From Antedon mediterranea (taxonomy: Eukaryota; Animalia; Echinodermata): DNA of 64,000 nucleotides. The notes beneath the pieces are model-generated. The model made no database searches, was not told the DNA's origin, and saw nothing but the letters and a program-made list of their open reading frames with translations. Position numbers and translations under genes: made by a program. Location: positions 22,771,365 through 22,835,364 of the forward strand of contig NC_092678.1 of assembly GCF_964355755.1 (NCBI RefSeq). The letters run 5' to 3'. The number at the start of each line of letters is the position of its first letter. Within the stretch, counting starts at the first letter, position 1. Of this stretch, positions 11,278-24,805 are shown in pieces.

Positions 11278-14200
11278 GAACTGTGAACTACTCTATAATG
11301 TATATGTATTTACTATTTATTTTTCTCAATTTATTCAATAACACTAAACTGTTCTTTCCCCAAATGTAAACTTGATGACATTATTTTTCTGTATGTTAAT
11401 TACATAACAATTATAGAATCTTCTTTTCAGTTAGTTATATCATCTCATTAACAGAATAAAGGATTTAAAATAAAAATTCGATATTTTTTTTCTGTACACA
11501 TTATGCTTGGCATGAATCATTACATTTATTTTATGCATTTCACGTAACACCATCTACATAGATACATTCTGGTAGCCATTGACGTAAAGTTGTTGATTGA
11601 ATTTCTTCTTATAAAATAGTATCGCAGATTTTCATTTACAACACTACATTTGAGGTTATAGAGACTTTTAATATAATGCCTATACTTCGCCTTATCACCG
11701 ATATTTCCCAATTTTGAAATTCTTTTTATTCTGACCGAGCAGTAGCAGTGTTTATTTCCAGAAGAATACGACACATGTCAGTTTGTGTTGAGAATAAACG
11801 ATTTTATTTACCAAATTGTACAAGTTATCTGAAATATACTGTCATTGTTTACATTTAAGAATTTAATTTTTGAAAACTTTGAATGCGGTAAAAGTAGACA
11901 ACGTATATTTATGTCAAATACTTCTTTCGTCGTCTAAGGTGAGTGTGCTGCCACCTATATTGCTGTGTTCACGCTCGAGTAAGCTCATTTGCATTCTTTC
12001 TTCACCAGATGTATTTTTTGTTTATGGCGTTCCAGCCCACGTGTCTGAGATGTGTTTACTATTGCTATGTTGTGCGGAAGTTTTTAAGAAAGAAATCTAG
12101 GCCCGACACTTGTCAAGCCAGGACTCAAGGAATGACGGGGTAAGCTTGCATTAACTTATATTCATTTAATGTAGAACTAGTAGGTCTAGCCACATTTTAG
12201 TAGTACAGTGGTTAGCTTTAATGATACCCGTACGAGTAATGTACAGTAGGGCCTTCCAAAGTTTTACCTTCAACCTATTGAATATACAGTTAACAGTTGA
12301 ATTTAGAAGAGCATGCTAACCTGGGCAGTATGCCTTTATTTTATAGAAATATGATGAAGTCTGTTGTAAAATTAAACAATATCATACATGTAAAACCAAA
12401 AACTACCATGGAAATAAAGAGCCAACAATTATGGGAAAACAGACATATCGTATTGAACAATAAATCTATGTATTTTAAAGTATGGTTATCTTCTGGGTTT
12501 AAAACAATCGGAGATATTTACATGAATGATAGAGTACTTTCACCTTGTGAAATATTTCCTAAACTGTATAAACGGCATAACGCCTTAATTGAATATATGC
12601 AATTGTTAAAAGCCATACCAAAAGAGTGGAAAGAAATTATTGAAAAAGGTAATACAAAAAAGGAAGACAATAGTATTCCTAGTCTACGACTTTATATGAA
12701 AAATAAAGGAACCGTCTTCTATAATCATTTTATTAATAGATGTTCAAAAATACCAAATTCACAAACAAAATGGGAAATAGAACTAGGTAAGGTAGACATT
12801 GATTGGAGTAATGTTTGGTACTATAAAGTTTATAGACTAAAACATATACCCAAAGTTGCTCAATTTAATTTTAAACTTCTGCATAGAATACTACCATGTA
12901 AAAAACGATTGAAAATCTGGAACTTAGCAGGTAATGATTTATGTGATAAATGTATAAACAAGGTTGAAACTGAAAAACACATGTTATATAAATGCAGTGT
13001 ATTTCAATGGATATGGCTTAAATTTAAAAGTGTCATAGCTAAGAGCTTTTCAAACGAAGACCCAATAACTTGGACTACAATGATTACTTGATCAAATAAC
13101 ATAATTGTAAATGAATTGATTTCATTATTTGTATTCTCTATATATAAGTTGCATATATTAACAAAACCTGAAAAAAAAGGAAACAACTATGAAAAAAAGA
13201 TCTGGAATCTTTTTATTACTGAAGTAAAGCATTTAATTGAAAATGAGTATAAGTGCTACTACTTTAAAGCTCAATGTAAATGGGGAGATATAAAGCAAAA
13301 TCTCCTTAAATTAATGAAATAAAAAAAATGCTATTTTTATCTCTTAAATACATTGTATATAGGCCTAGTAACTATATTAGTTTTAAGATATGTCATCCGG
13401 GTATTAAGCGTATATATCATTCCATCCTATCCATTCTAAACACCTTTTTTTTCAAGCTTTTGCATTCTTCGTTTTCATCTCATCCATTTTTTTCTTGGTG
13501 AAAATGGAAGATTCTTTATATTCTTCCCCTGAGTTTATAGCCTCTCTACCCAGACAACGGACACGAACAGAATAAAACAACAATAATAACTTTTTCATAA
13601 GTACGTTTTTTTTAAATCAATTTTTATCGTCAGTTTACTGCCATCGACATATTTTAATTAATTGTATTTTTAAAAATGTATATGAATGTAAATGTGGTTA
13701 CTTCTTAACATCAAAATAATCTTAGTCTTATGTATATACTGTTCAAAAGATATGTATTTTTTTAACAATGTACCTTATAAATAAGAGAATTATATAAATG
13801 TGCATATATACATATATTATTTATATTTATAGAACTATAATAAAAGTGGGACGAACCCACACAAGACAAAAAAAATGTACAGTAGGGCCTGTCAATACTG
13901 GACGCATTCTTGTATTGGAAGTTAGACTAGTGTTTTTTCTTGTAAGTCGGTAATGCGTGAAACATGAATATTCATATTACTACCTTATTGAATATGCATG
14001 ATTCTGCATCGCATACATACGGGAAAAAAATAATGCGTAATGGACAGATATAAAGACCATTAACAAAGTTTAATAATAATAAACAAAACTTGTACAATAA
14101 ATCGAGTCAAATGGAATTTGATCAAGTTATATTATATAAAAAAATACACACTCATAAAACTAATTTATAATTTTTAAAACGATTAATAAAAACTAATAAA

Positions 14201-14840
14201 ATGTATCCTCCGTTTAGGCCTATATAATCAATATTATAAATTAAAATATAAAAATATTAAGGCCCGATAACGATCGACAATAAATAGATAAACGTTTTTT
14301 CTTACATAAACCAAAATAGATTCAAAAGTTATCCTATACTTCTAGGATAAACAATAGGCCAATATCAATAATAACAATAATATTTTTTTTCTAATTTTAA
14401 AATGTTTATACATACCCTGTATTTAAAATAGATACAACACCACAATAATTAGTAATTAGTTTATTAGAGCAACAGTAAGATTGTCTCCTGATACTTTACT
14501 TTAAAAAATACTACAAATAATAGATAAGATCATTGAATTATCATCGATATTCAGAAGGTAGTATTTAAACAGTGTAGGCGACATTTTGATTCAATATGCG
14601 AAACGCAAATACCGTAATATGTTATTTAAATAAATTTAGCCTAATTAATTATGACTGAAGGTAAATAGCAATAACAAGACCTACCCATAAGCAAATATAA
14701 ATGTTTAAAATTAATAATAGAAAAAGTGAAATGTATCCTCGTAAGAATAGAAGAAAAGTAGAAGATGTTATAGCTATAATTATAATTATTAAAACTTTAT
14801 ATACAATATTTAAAGGACGAAATAAATGCGCTTTAAATAT
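11278..14840. repeat. Recent segmental duplication of ~477-3990; older copy at ~51390-53310
   Basis: Almost base-identical, including the L1 insertion; the third copy lacks the L1. Confidence 0.92.
12255..13873 (+). mobile_element. Second copy of the same L1/Tx1 insertion (carried by segmental duplication)
   Basis: Near-identical to 1452-3022 with the same TSD (12238-12254, 13874-13890). GGA>TGA nonsense change at 13089-13091. Confidence 0.88.
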
Positions 14841-17800
14841 AGGTATACTAGTTTCTATATACCAACTGTAATAGTTCAAATCTTCTATTTCTAATGTTTT
14901 GTGATTCCTTGGCATTACTAAAGTTTTGTGATTCCTTGGCATTACTAAAGTTTTGTGATTCTTTGGCATTACTAACATTTTGTGATTCTCTTTAATTGCT
15001 AAAGTTTTGTGATTCCGTTCAATTGATAAAGTTTTGTGATTCCGTTCAATTGATAAAGTATTGTGATTCTCTTCAGTAGCTAAAATAAATGTTGGGATTA
15101 ATGATGTACTGTCAATCTTCGTATGGTCATTTCCATTGATAGATATTAGGTCACTTTTGATTATTATATTATTTTCATAACATCCACTTAGCATTTCCTT
15201 AACAATAATACCTGTTAAATTACAATTATTCATAGAAATACGTCTTAAGTTTGGAAATATAATAAATATATTAGCTAATGTACTTCCATTGATCGATGAT
15301 AGGTCAATGCCATCCAAAAAAAGACTATCCCATCTAAATCTATAACCACTAGGTGATATTAAAATATCGTGTAATTGTTTAGAAGACATACTATAATTAC
15401 CCCAAGTTTGGCTTTGAGGGCCCTGCCGTGTTTCTAATAAATCGATAATGTTTCCAAGTAATTCGGTATCAATATCTGAAAGAACATTTCTTTGTAATTC
15501 GATAAGATTTTGTTTTGACTTTAAATAGTTTATATCTACTTCATTAAATATGTCGACTATTTGTTTGCTTGATAATTGAGAATTCGCCACATTGAAATAT
15601 GTTAAATCTTTGGAAGTGTTTAATATACGACCTAATAGAGATCCATTGATAAACTCCGGATATTTGGTCTCGAGACTAAAACGCTTTAATTTAACCAAAG
15701 TTTTACTATGTTCACATTCTTCTAACATTGTGTTAATATTTGAACCACCTATATTATAACCCATATAACGTATGTGGAGCCCTTCTAAATTTGGAAAGTT
15801 TTGAATTATTTTGCAAATCCGTGAGTCAATAGTAGTGTTATATACGATGTGATCAATAAACCACAAAAATGTATCTACTTCCTCATCAAAACGGTATCTT
15901 TTCCATTCGTCTAAGAGGATTTTAAAAGCTTTATCACCCCATTTATTAAATAATTGTGTCATATACCAACTGTTTAGATTTTTAGACAGATATCGTAATA
16001 AAATATGAACGTGTGCTACTAACCTACATACATTATCAGATGACTCAATGTTTGATTCTTCTATGATTGATTTCATAGTTATATAATATATTCCTGCTCT
16101 CTCTAAGTTTGTAAAGTCATCTGCAAACAATTTCATTTGTTGGAATAAGTGCAAATCTTTTTCATATAGGGTCTTTAAAGAATTTTTAAAATTGTCAACA
16201 TGTATTTTCATTTCTGGTTGCATATGTTTATCCAATGACTTCACTACATTTTGTTCGTGCTCTTGACTTACATATTTAAAATATTCTAAAAAAGAGTAAT
16301 AATTTGAGAGCCTATTCACCAACCAGTGCTTCATTAATTTGTCTGCATTAGGACCTAGAAAACTGATAATGAAAACTGTTACCATGTGTAAATACTTGTT
16401 CGTCCTTAAGTTCTCGCATTCCTCAGATGTTAAAGTATCCCTTTTTTCCGACAAGTAAAACCCGGCTAGTGCCTCTGACAATAACTTATGTGGACATCTG
16501 TAAGTCTCCACAGAATCATCCTGAACAGTAGGGTCATCTTTGTAAACAAATCCTAATTCCAACGATAAGTCAACTAAAGTTTCATTTTTTACTTGTTCAT
16601 TTAACTTTCTTTTAGTAAAAAGAAGTAAGTTGTTATGTAAGCCAATGTAACTAATTTGCCCTAATATTACAATTGCATTTTTGTAGTCAGTCAAAATGTG
16701 GTCAAATTCTGGTATTGCTGTAGTAGTAGACTTGTTACTCCTGTTAATGTTCTGTTTTAAAATCAGACAAAATATTTCTTTAAAAAAATGCTGAAAATCT
16801 TTGGGAATTGTTTGTTTGTGTTGCCACACAGTACACATTTTAAGTAACAAAAACGGGGATGAAAGTAGTTGAAATATTTCCTTATGATCACCACCCCAGT
16901 ATATAGATTTAGAATCAAGTTTAAATTGATCTATTAATAACTGACCCAGTTTATAATTTCCAATATAATCAAAATATTTGTTTATATATGGCTTTATATT
17001 TTCTGCACTGAATCCCTTTATATTAACAAGTACATCAAAATGTTTTTCTACGCTATCCACTGTAGGACCAGGTCGTGAAGTAACAATGACCGTGCAATCT
17101 TCTAGTTCTTCACGTTTTATTATCATTGGAATATCTAGCCCAGAATTTAACTCATCATATCCATCCAGCAGAACTACACATTCTCGGTCATGTTTCTCTA
17201 TAAAAGTTTTTATAGATGTATTACTTACACGGGGATCTGTTTTTGCATTCACCTTAACCCTATTTATGATCATATCAGTGATGGTTTGACCTGCCTTGAT
17301 GTCTCTTACGTTTACAAGAAATAATATTTTACCAGCAAACGTATCATCGGAATCTATCGCCCAGTTATAAGATATGAATTGAAGCAAGGTTGTCTTACCA
17401 ATTCCTCCATTTCCTACCATTAATACTTTAGGTGAGTCTTTTGACTTTATAATACCCAATAATTCTTGCAAAGATGTGGGACTTTTTATTTTTTCTTCCT
17501 TTGTAGTAGTTTTTAAAACTGGATCTGTAAACATCTTGGAAATATCAACATAGTGTCCAAAATGTTCGGTCCACGTCGGTGGTCTCAATGTTGGGTCTTT
17601 TAATTTATTTGTCTGTGTTGCTGTTAAGTAGTTTCGAATAATATCATCTGAAATCAAGAAAGTTTGTAATTCATCTCGTGAAAAGCAAATATTACCTAAT
17701 AGGTTTGACCATACCATCAATATTTTAATATAGTACTCCTTTACATTTATTATCCAGCAAGTTCATGACCTTCTTACGCTCATTTGCCTCGTTTGAAGCC

Positions 17801-20800
17801 ATTGTAACAATTCTGATTTTTGACTCTCTTTTTTGTTCACACTACCACTGCGCATAATGTTTATACACTGCATAGCTAGAAAATCATCAAATTGTATTAT
17901 TATATACATACCATTATCCCCTTCTGTTAATTTGTGGTTTGTAGCTAGAATGACGGCAATGACCAGTACTAAAGTTGCTATAATGAAATACACAAAAGTA
18001 ATTTAGTTACAATTGCAGACATGAGACCGTTGCAAACTAAAAGACGCAGTTCTAGTCATTAATATAAGTATGTAATACGCTTCAAAATAAATAAATTATG
18101 TTTGATATTGTAAATTTATTGAAAATAAACATTAGTTGAGTTGTTACTGCTTGTACTTACCGAGTAATGGTATAGCCATAGATTCCAAGTTATGTTGATT
18201 TGTCACTGCATGTAGGCCTATAACTAAAATAAAAAATAAATGTATAATAGAAACTATTGTATATCATTAGGCGACTCTACTTCAACAACTGTGCAATAGC
18301 AACTGTTATATAAAAAGGATACATCTGATTAGAATAAATCATTATATAAAAAGAGAATAACAAAATGTACGTATTACGTTTCAAAGAAAGGTATTTTTTT
18401 TGTTAACACGCCTGCTCGTGTTCTTGCAATTTGATTGGTCAATTAGGCATCACGTGTCATTTGGAAGTAGCCCTATCTCATAGAAAAGTGATATTTAATT
18501 GCGATAATGTACGGCTCTATTCACGTTCAGCTTTCTGTAAACATTTTGATAATGTTTGTTGACTGATCGTGTTTATCTGTTCTACTCTGCTTCTAAAGTT
18601 GGAACACTGCCTTTTTTAATGGCCTAGCTTCACGCTAGAATTCGTCAATGATTTAAGATGGATAACTTGAATAAAAGTAGGTGTTTTATAAAACAAATAA
18701 CTGATGTTTTGTATTCGTTATATGGGAAGAATATTTCATGTCCACCTCGTTAAATAGTCAATTTAGTCATGAAATATTCTACCATTCAACTCATAAACAT
18801 TAATTATTTGTATACGTCTATACATTGAATATACAATAACTATTTGTTTTTTAAAAACTTTATTGTTGTTTTCAATACAGCCACATTGTTTTGTGATTCA
18901 TAAACAATTCAGTTAACTCTTGTACTTACCAAAGTCTACAAAAGAAAAAAAAACTCTTGTTAAATGTTAAAAATGATGTCACATCATCCATAACATTAAC
19001 AATGACATTTGAAATATAATATTTTTATTTTAAAAAGTTTTTAAACAGCTGTTTGTAATCATTAGGAGTAGACAATTATAAGATTGTTGTATTACATGTA
19101 AAAAAACCCAACTCAAATCAATCTGTAACGAAAATATCACATCTATAATAAATTCTTTAAAAAAAAATATAGGCCTATTTAGGCCTACACCTAAATATTC
19201 AGAATTTTTAGGTTTCATACAATGTATTTTATATAAATCTATTGAGATAAAGTATATTCTTTACGAGGATAAAACAATATTATATTAAGATTGTGTTATC
19301 ATTACTGTTTAACAATGTAAAAAACCAAACTAAAATATCGCGGACCGGAAAATTATGATTTTGAAATGTATCAAATTCAATAACCAAAAAATAGCAATAC
19401 GGCTTTACCACGTTGAAACACCGGTTCTCGTCAGATCACCGAAGTTAAGCAACGTTGGGCCTGCTTAGAGCTTGGATGGGAGACCATCTCTGGGAATATT
19501 GGGTGCTGTATATGGAGCTGGGGTCCCGTTAGGCATTTGAAATCAGCACTGCTGACTCTTATGGCAGCTCCTGCATCTAGTATCTGCCTCAGACTATTGA
19601 CTTATGCCTTTCCTCTGGTCAAGGTGGGCACTGGACGAGAGAAGCCCTTGATCAATGTTAGGACCAATCAAGGTGCTTTAAACTGTCCTGGCTTTGTTTG
19701 TATCAAACCTGTTAGTGGCGGTAATTATCTGTTGGTTTCGATTGAATAAAATAAAAAATAAAATAAAAGTGTGTTTATACTTTATTGCGATTTATTCCTC
19801 AGTGGAGAAAATAAAATATTAGGATTGCTGTATCGTTACATTTTAAGAGGCTTAAATGTAAAAAAAAATATTTAAAAAAATAAATAAAAGGTCATGGACG
19901 TGAGAATTATAAGTTTGAAATGCATGTATGACATTAATAAACAATATTAATAAACATATGTTGAGACACAAAATGAGTCTAATGTTGTTATTCATAATGC
20001 TTACCGTTATATATCCTGTTATCCGATCGAAGTGACACTGTAGGTTAGAAATTAAAAAAATTCAAAATCTCAAAAATACATTTACCACAACCACTAATTG
20101 TATACTGTGTTGATTCTTAATTTATTGTGAATAATTTGTTATTTTGAACAACAAAGTGAAACACTCTTAAAGATGTATTGTCCCCCAAAAAATGAAAAAT
20201 GAAGGTTAATTAAATCAGACTTTGAATATGTTATTTTTTAGTTTTAATAAAGTTAATCACTTCAGTAGAAAAACAATGAAACAAAATAATGTTTTCACTT
20301 ATAAAATGACAAAATAAATATGTCATAGATATTATTGTTGTTTAGTTAATTATAATGGAATGAATTTATTTCCATCGTTTGAATTACTTACTGTTATTTA
20401 CATCGACAGAATTGATTAAATGGTTGAATCCATTTATTCTTAACATCTTAATGAATTCCTTCATGTTTTCTTCCGAGAGAATCATGTTTCGTTCAAAATC
20501 CATGATCAAACTCCAGCTATCTTTATATGATTTTAGCATTGTTTCTCTGTAAATATGACTTAACCTTTTTTTTTCACTCTTTGTCATGTTTTGCCCAAGT
20601 CGTATTACACTCTGTCTGTATTCACTAAATGCCAAAGCTCTCTCTTCTCTGCATGGGCGTAGGCATACCATTTTTAAATCTGTTTGTTCATATATTTCCT
20701 CCCAAACGCCATCCTGTTGTGTTATAGTTATGGTATCGTATATAAGAGTGGGATTGTTGTGATTCAGTCCTTTATGTGTATACAACAAGTTTAGCAATTC

Positions 20801-21716
20801 CATCATTGACGAAGCGTTCTCTAGTCTACCTTTGTCAGGCACCAAGTCTTCGTACAACACTTTAATCATCTTGATTGGGCAAAATTGGTCAAACCAATTT
20901 GCCACAGTAATTTTCAACTTTATGAATTGATTTTCTGTTAAGGCTGTTAAAGTAAAAATACATGTCATTGTGTTCTTTTGTTTCTAATATTTGTATTATG
21001 ATAATGTGAGATATTTAAGGTCAAAGGTGACTTTTATGTAACATTTGATGTCTCATAACTCCTCAACCCCTGGGTTTAAAAGGATAAATGAAGTGTCATT
21101 AGGAGTCACAAAAATAAATACAACTTTTGCAACTTTTTAATAATTCCATTGGTCAGATATACAAGGTCAAGGGTCAATGACCTTTATTTAGTATATAATG
21201 GCTCATAACTCTTTAACAACTGCACACAAAAGGACGAAAGTGTTCCTGAATCGGTTTTACTGACCACATATATTGTTTGTCTATTTGTGACTTTTACAGC
21301 CAGAGATATTACAGGCAGTCATATAGGATTTTGGCCGCCATTTTGGAAGATCGAAAGCTGATTGGGTGGCTCCCAGGCAAAACTCAATTAGTAGGACTAA
21401 GAGAAGCCCCATGCCAAATTTGGTGCCACTCGCCTTAATCACTATTAATGTCCATTTTCACAAATGGAATTAACATCTAATTGATTTAAATGTAAATTAT
21501 TGAAAAATAATAATGAAACTGCCTTTCCTTTCAATATATAGGTCTATAAATAAAGTATGGTGTAATCGTCCGTAATTTCATGCTTATTCTTTACTCCATG
21601 ATAAATCTAAGGAAAGTTAAACCAGTGGCGTTTTACACTGATTATTTCCTAACAGTACCGGGATCTCGTTTTTTTACTTATGTTTAGTATATTTTACCTG
21701 TTTCTGTTCCTTCCAT
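14649..21716 (-). CDS. NLR-like gene B: DED-like - microexons - TM - NACHT - LRR - 9-aa repeats - 2-TM tail (~1245 aa)
   Basis: Exons 21698-21716 (MEGTET), 20392-20943, 20005-20037, 18930-18935 (6 nt), 18161-18223, 17912-17977 and 14649-17647, all phase 1. The TM MAIPLLATLVLVIAVILAT spans two exons. Motifs GNGGIGKTT and VLLDGYDE; C-terminus has two hydrophobic stretches. Confidence 0.8.
19394..19768 (+). mobile_element. 5S rRNA-derived SINE (SINE3-type)
   Basis: 19394-19512 is a diverged 5S rRNA sequence (taccacgttgaaacaccggttctcgtc.gatcaccgaagttaagcaacg...ttggatggg...gggtgctgta), followed by a ~230-bp non-5S body and an (aataa)n tail. It lies in a gene B intron. Confidence 0.85.
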
Positions 21717-22818
21717 GTTTTCTGATGAACAGAGGTGGCGGTGGCTTATTCAATAAACTAGTTGCAAAATTGTTCCTGTATAGTAACTTAATCTCAAAGT
21801 TGACATCTAAAACTCAGTGCTGCACTTCGGGAAAGTGTAATCCTCTCCTGATGTATTTTAAAATTAAATATAGAGTGATCAAAGTAACGATAACTTAACA
21901 TTGGTCGTGTAGACCTACTATTAATGTACGTATCTAGCTAGATAAATAGTGTAGTAATATTCGGTAACCTAATGTCAACAAGTACTTTGTATTATATTAA
22001 CTTTGTATTATTATATTTTATTGAAGCGACACAGCCACGTCACAATAACGCATGTCACGTGAACGTCACCAGACTAATACCAACAACCTGATCATAGGCC
22101 TTATAGTATTATCGTATCAAAAAATAGGTATAATGGAATGAGGAATTTATAGTCCGGTTTTACATTATTTACAGTATTATATTCAGTCATTTAAATGAGT
22201 ATATAATTATAACTATATTAGTATTTTGGTATGCCTACTTTGGATATATGATGATTAAACATTTAAAACTGTATAGAATCTCAACATTCGTGTGTTCAGT
22301 CGCATTGATCGTTTTCCCTACATTTACCAGTTCACTGAATCATACATAGTATGACTAAATATACGCCCGATCTATGCTATGTCGGTTTTAGTTTTACTTA
22401 GTTTTGCAACTTATGGAATCGATCATAGTATAACATTTTAGGTGGAATATTTTAATCAATCATTGATTGACTTGACTGGTGTACTTCTTTTCGGCATTGA
22501 AAACTTCGTGTTCTAGGTCTATTTATACTAAACTATTTTTTTCCCGCGTATGCTGTTTATGGCGTTTGTTTGTGACGTGATTTCGTTTAAAGAAATATAA
22601 TAATCATTATCTTACAATGAAATGCCAACACACTGCCTGTTGAGGGCAGTAGACTAATACATACAATTATCATTTTCCTTTTTTACGTATTCTGTATTGT
22701 TATTTTCAATTATATGTAATTAGGACTACTGTTATTGGAAAATCTTAGAAATGATAAACCAATAATATGAATTGTGAAATATAACGACATTCAGTGTACC
22801 ATTTGGCGTTCTTTAGTT

Positions 22819-23187
22819 AGGCCCATACCACTGTAGGCCTATACCACTGCAGGCCCATACCACTGCAGGCATATACCACTGCAGGCCTATACCACTGCAG
22901 GCCTATACCACTGTAGGCCTATACCACTGTAGGCCTATACCACTGTAGGCCTATTATCCACTGTAAGCCTATACCACTGTAGGCCTATACCACTGTAGGC
23001 CTATCATCCACTGTAGGCCTATTATCCACTGTAGGCCTATACCACTGGAGGCCTATACCTCTGTAGGCCTATACCAATGTAGTGTAGGCCTATACCACTG
23101 TAGGTCTATTATCCACTGTAGGCCTATTATCCACCGTAGGCCTATTATCCACCGTAGGCCTATACCACTGTAGGCCTATTATCCACC
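22819..23187. repeat. Same 16-bp satellite family, mostly monomeric
   Basis: (ccactgtaggcctata)n upstream of gene B. Confidence 0.9.
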
Positions 23188-23654
23188 ATCGTTTTTATGA
23201 TGGTCTGTGCAAACTGTCGTCATCTGATTTTTATATTCGAATTATGCTATAGTCCATTTTTATTGGTTCTGTGTGTTTTCAGAATTTAAAAAGAGAATAA
23301 TTTTCGAAAATTATTACTTAATATTCATTTGCTATTGAAATTAGCAATAGGTTGAATACCAAATTAATGAACATAAATAATATATTCTCTTTAATATAAT
23401 AATAATGAATATATAAGAAGATAAAACAGAAACAAATTATTAAACTTTATAAGATAATTCATAATATAATTTTTAATAGCCCTTTCTTCAACAACAAACA
23501 AATAAATTATGTACAGATACTTAAAATAACCAAATTAGACTTAAAAGCAGAAATAAAATGTATTCATGAGTAAGAAAATAAACATTATCAACCCCATTTA
23601 ATAACAATTTCATTTTGTATATTTTGAAATACATACTACTAGGCCTAATGCAAA

Positions 23655-23992
23655 TATATATTGTCCCCCTGAAAAAAAAAAAGTTTTTTTGTTTAATGCC
23701 ATTTTGATGTTCCATAATAGTTATTCGCTTTGACCAATAATTGGACCAGAAAAAAACAATTACGTACCTGAAAAACTGTAATTTAAAGCAAAAATAGTCA
23801 AATTGGCTGCCAACCAATGGGTTTTTGGTTGAATTTAACGGTTTGTTTTTTGTCTTTTTATAAGTGAAAACATTATTTTGTTTCCGTTTTTTTCCTTGCG
23901 GAGTGATTAACATTATTACAACTACAAAATGGCCTATTCAAAATCTGATTTTTTTTATTAATTTTCATTTTTGGAGGACAATACATCTTTAA
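23655..23992. mobile_element. TTAA-type MITE (Kolobok/piggyBac-like); partial inverted copy at 20168-20317
   Basis: TIR remnants tattgtcccc ... ggacaatacatctttaa. 20168 begins ttaaagatgtattgtcccc and matches the right end in reverse orientation. Confidence 0.55.
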
Positions 23993-24805
23993 CTAATAAT
24001 TCCATTCACCAATTTGTATTGATATTTATTAAGATAAAATAATAAATTTTCTTGAGTTACGATTAATAATAAAACCATATCTATGTTATTATCTCACGAG
24101 AAAGAAGCAATGGTTACCATAATGGTTTACGAATAATCAAATAAATGTATTAAAATACAGTATACAAAACAAATAATGTATCGGTAATAATTCAGTAATA
24201 AAATAATTATTGAGAATATCCAAAAAGCTAAACACACCGTTTTGACACTAATCTTCATAATTTGTTCAATTAAATTTAAATTTATTTAAAAAAAAAATTG
24301 TGTATAAATACAATAACATAATGGTCAATATGTTGTTTACAGGGGAGGGGTCAAAGTCCGTTGTGCGTTTTTTTATTTATACCATTGTAATTTATTATGA
24401 TATTATGTCTTACACATTTGAGGTGTAGTGATGTCTTATGAATGAAAAGGAACAATGCCCTAAATCCAATAAATTACTGTAATTTATTGTACAAGATTAT
24501 TTGTTTTAATAAAAATCAAAAGTGGATAACACATTAAATTGGTAATTCTACAGTAATGTTTTTAATTTACCGTTAGAATAACGATGTTTTTATTAATTGC
24601 ATTGACAAAGACATAACGTTCAGCTCGATAACGTTACAACATTACACTGACGTTCATAACGTTAATGCTAAACAAAAATATAGCAGCAGTGCGCCGTCAT
24701 TTTATAACGTTTAACCAAGGAAGAGTTAAATTATAAAAAAAATTGTAATTTAACTCTTCCCTGGTTTAACTAATAATAAACGTTATATCAAATTTCGTTC
24801 TATCG

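Noticed and set aside
19394-19512. Functional 5S rRNA gene
   Set aside because: Multiple substitutions, no T-run terminator after the 5S part, and it continues into a SINE-like body and tail.
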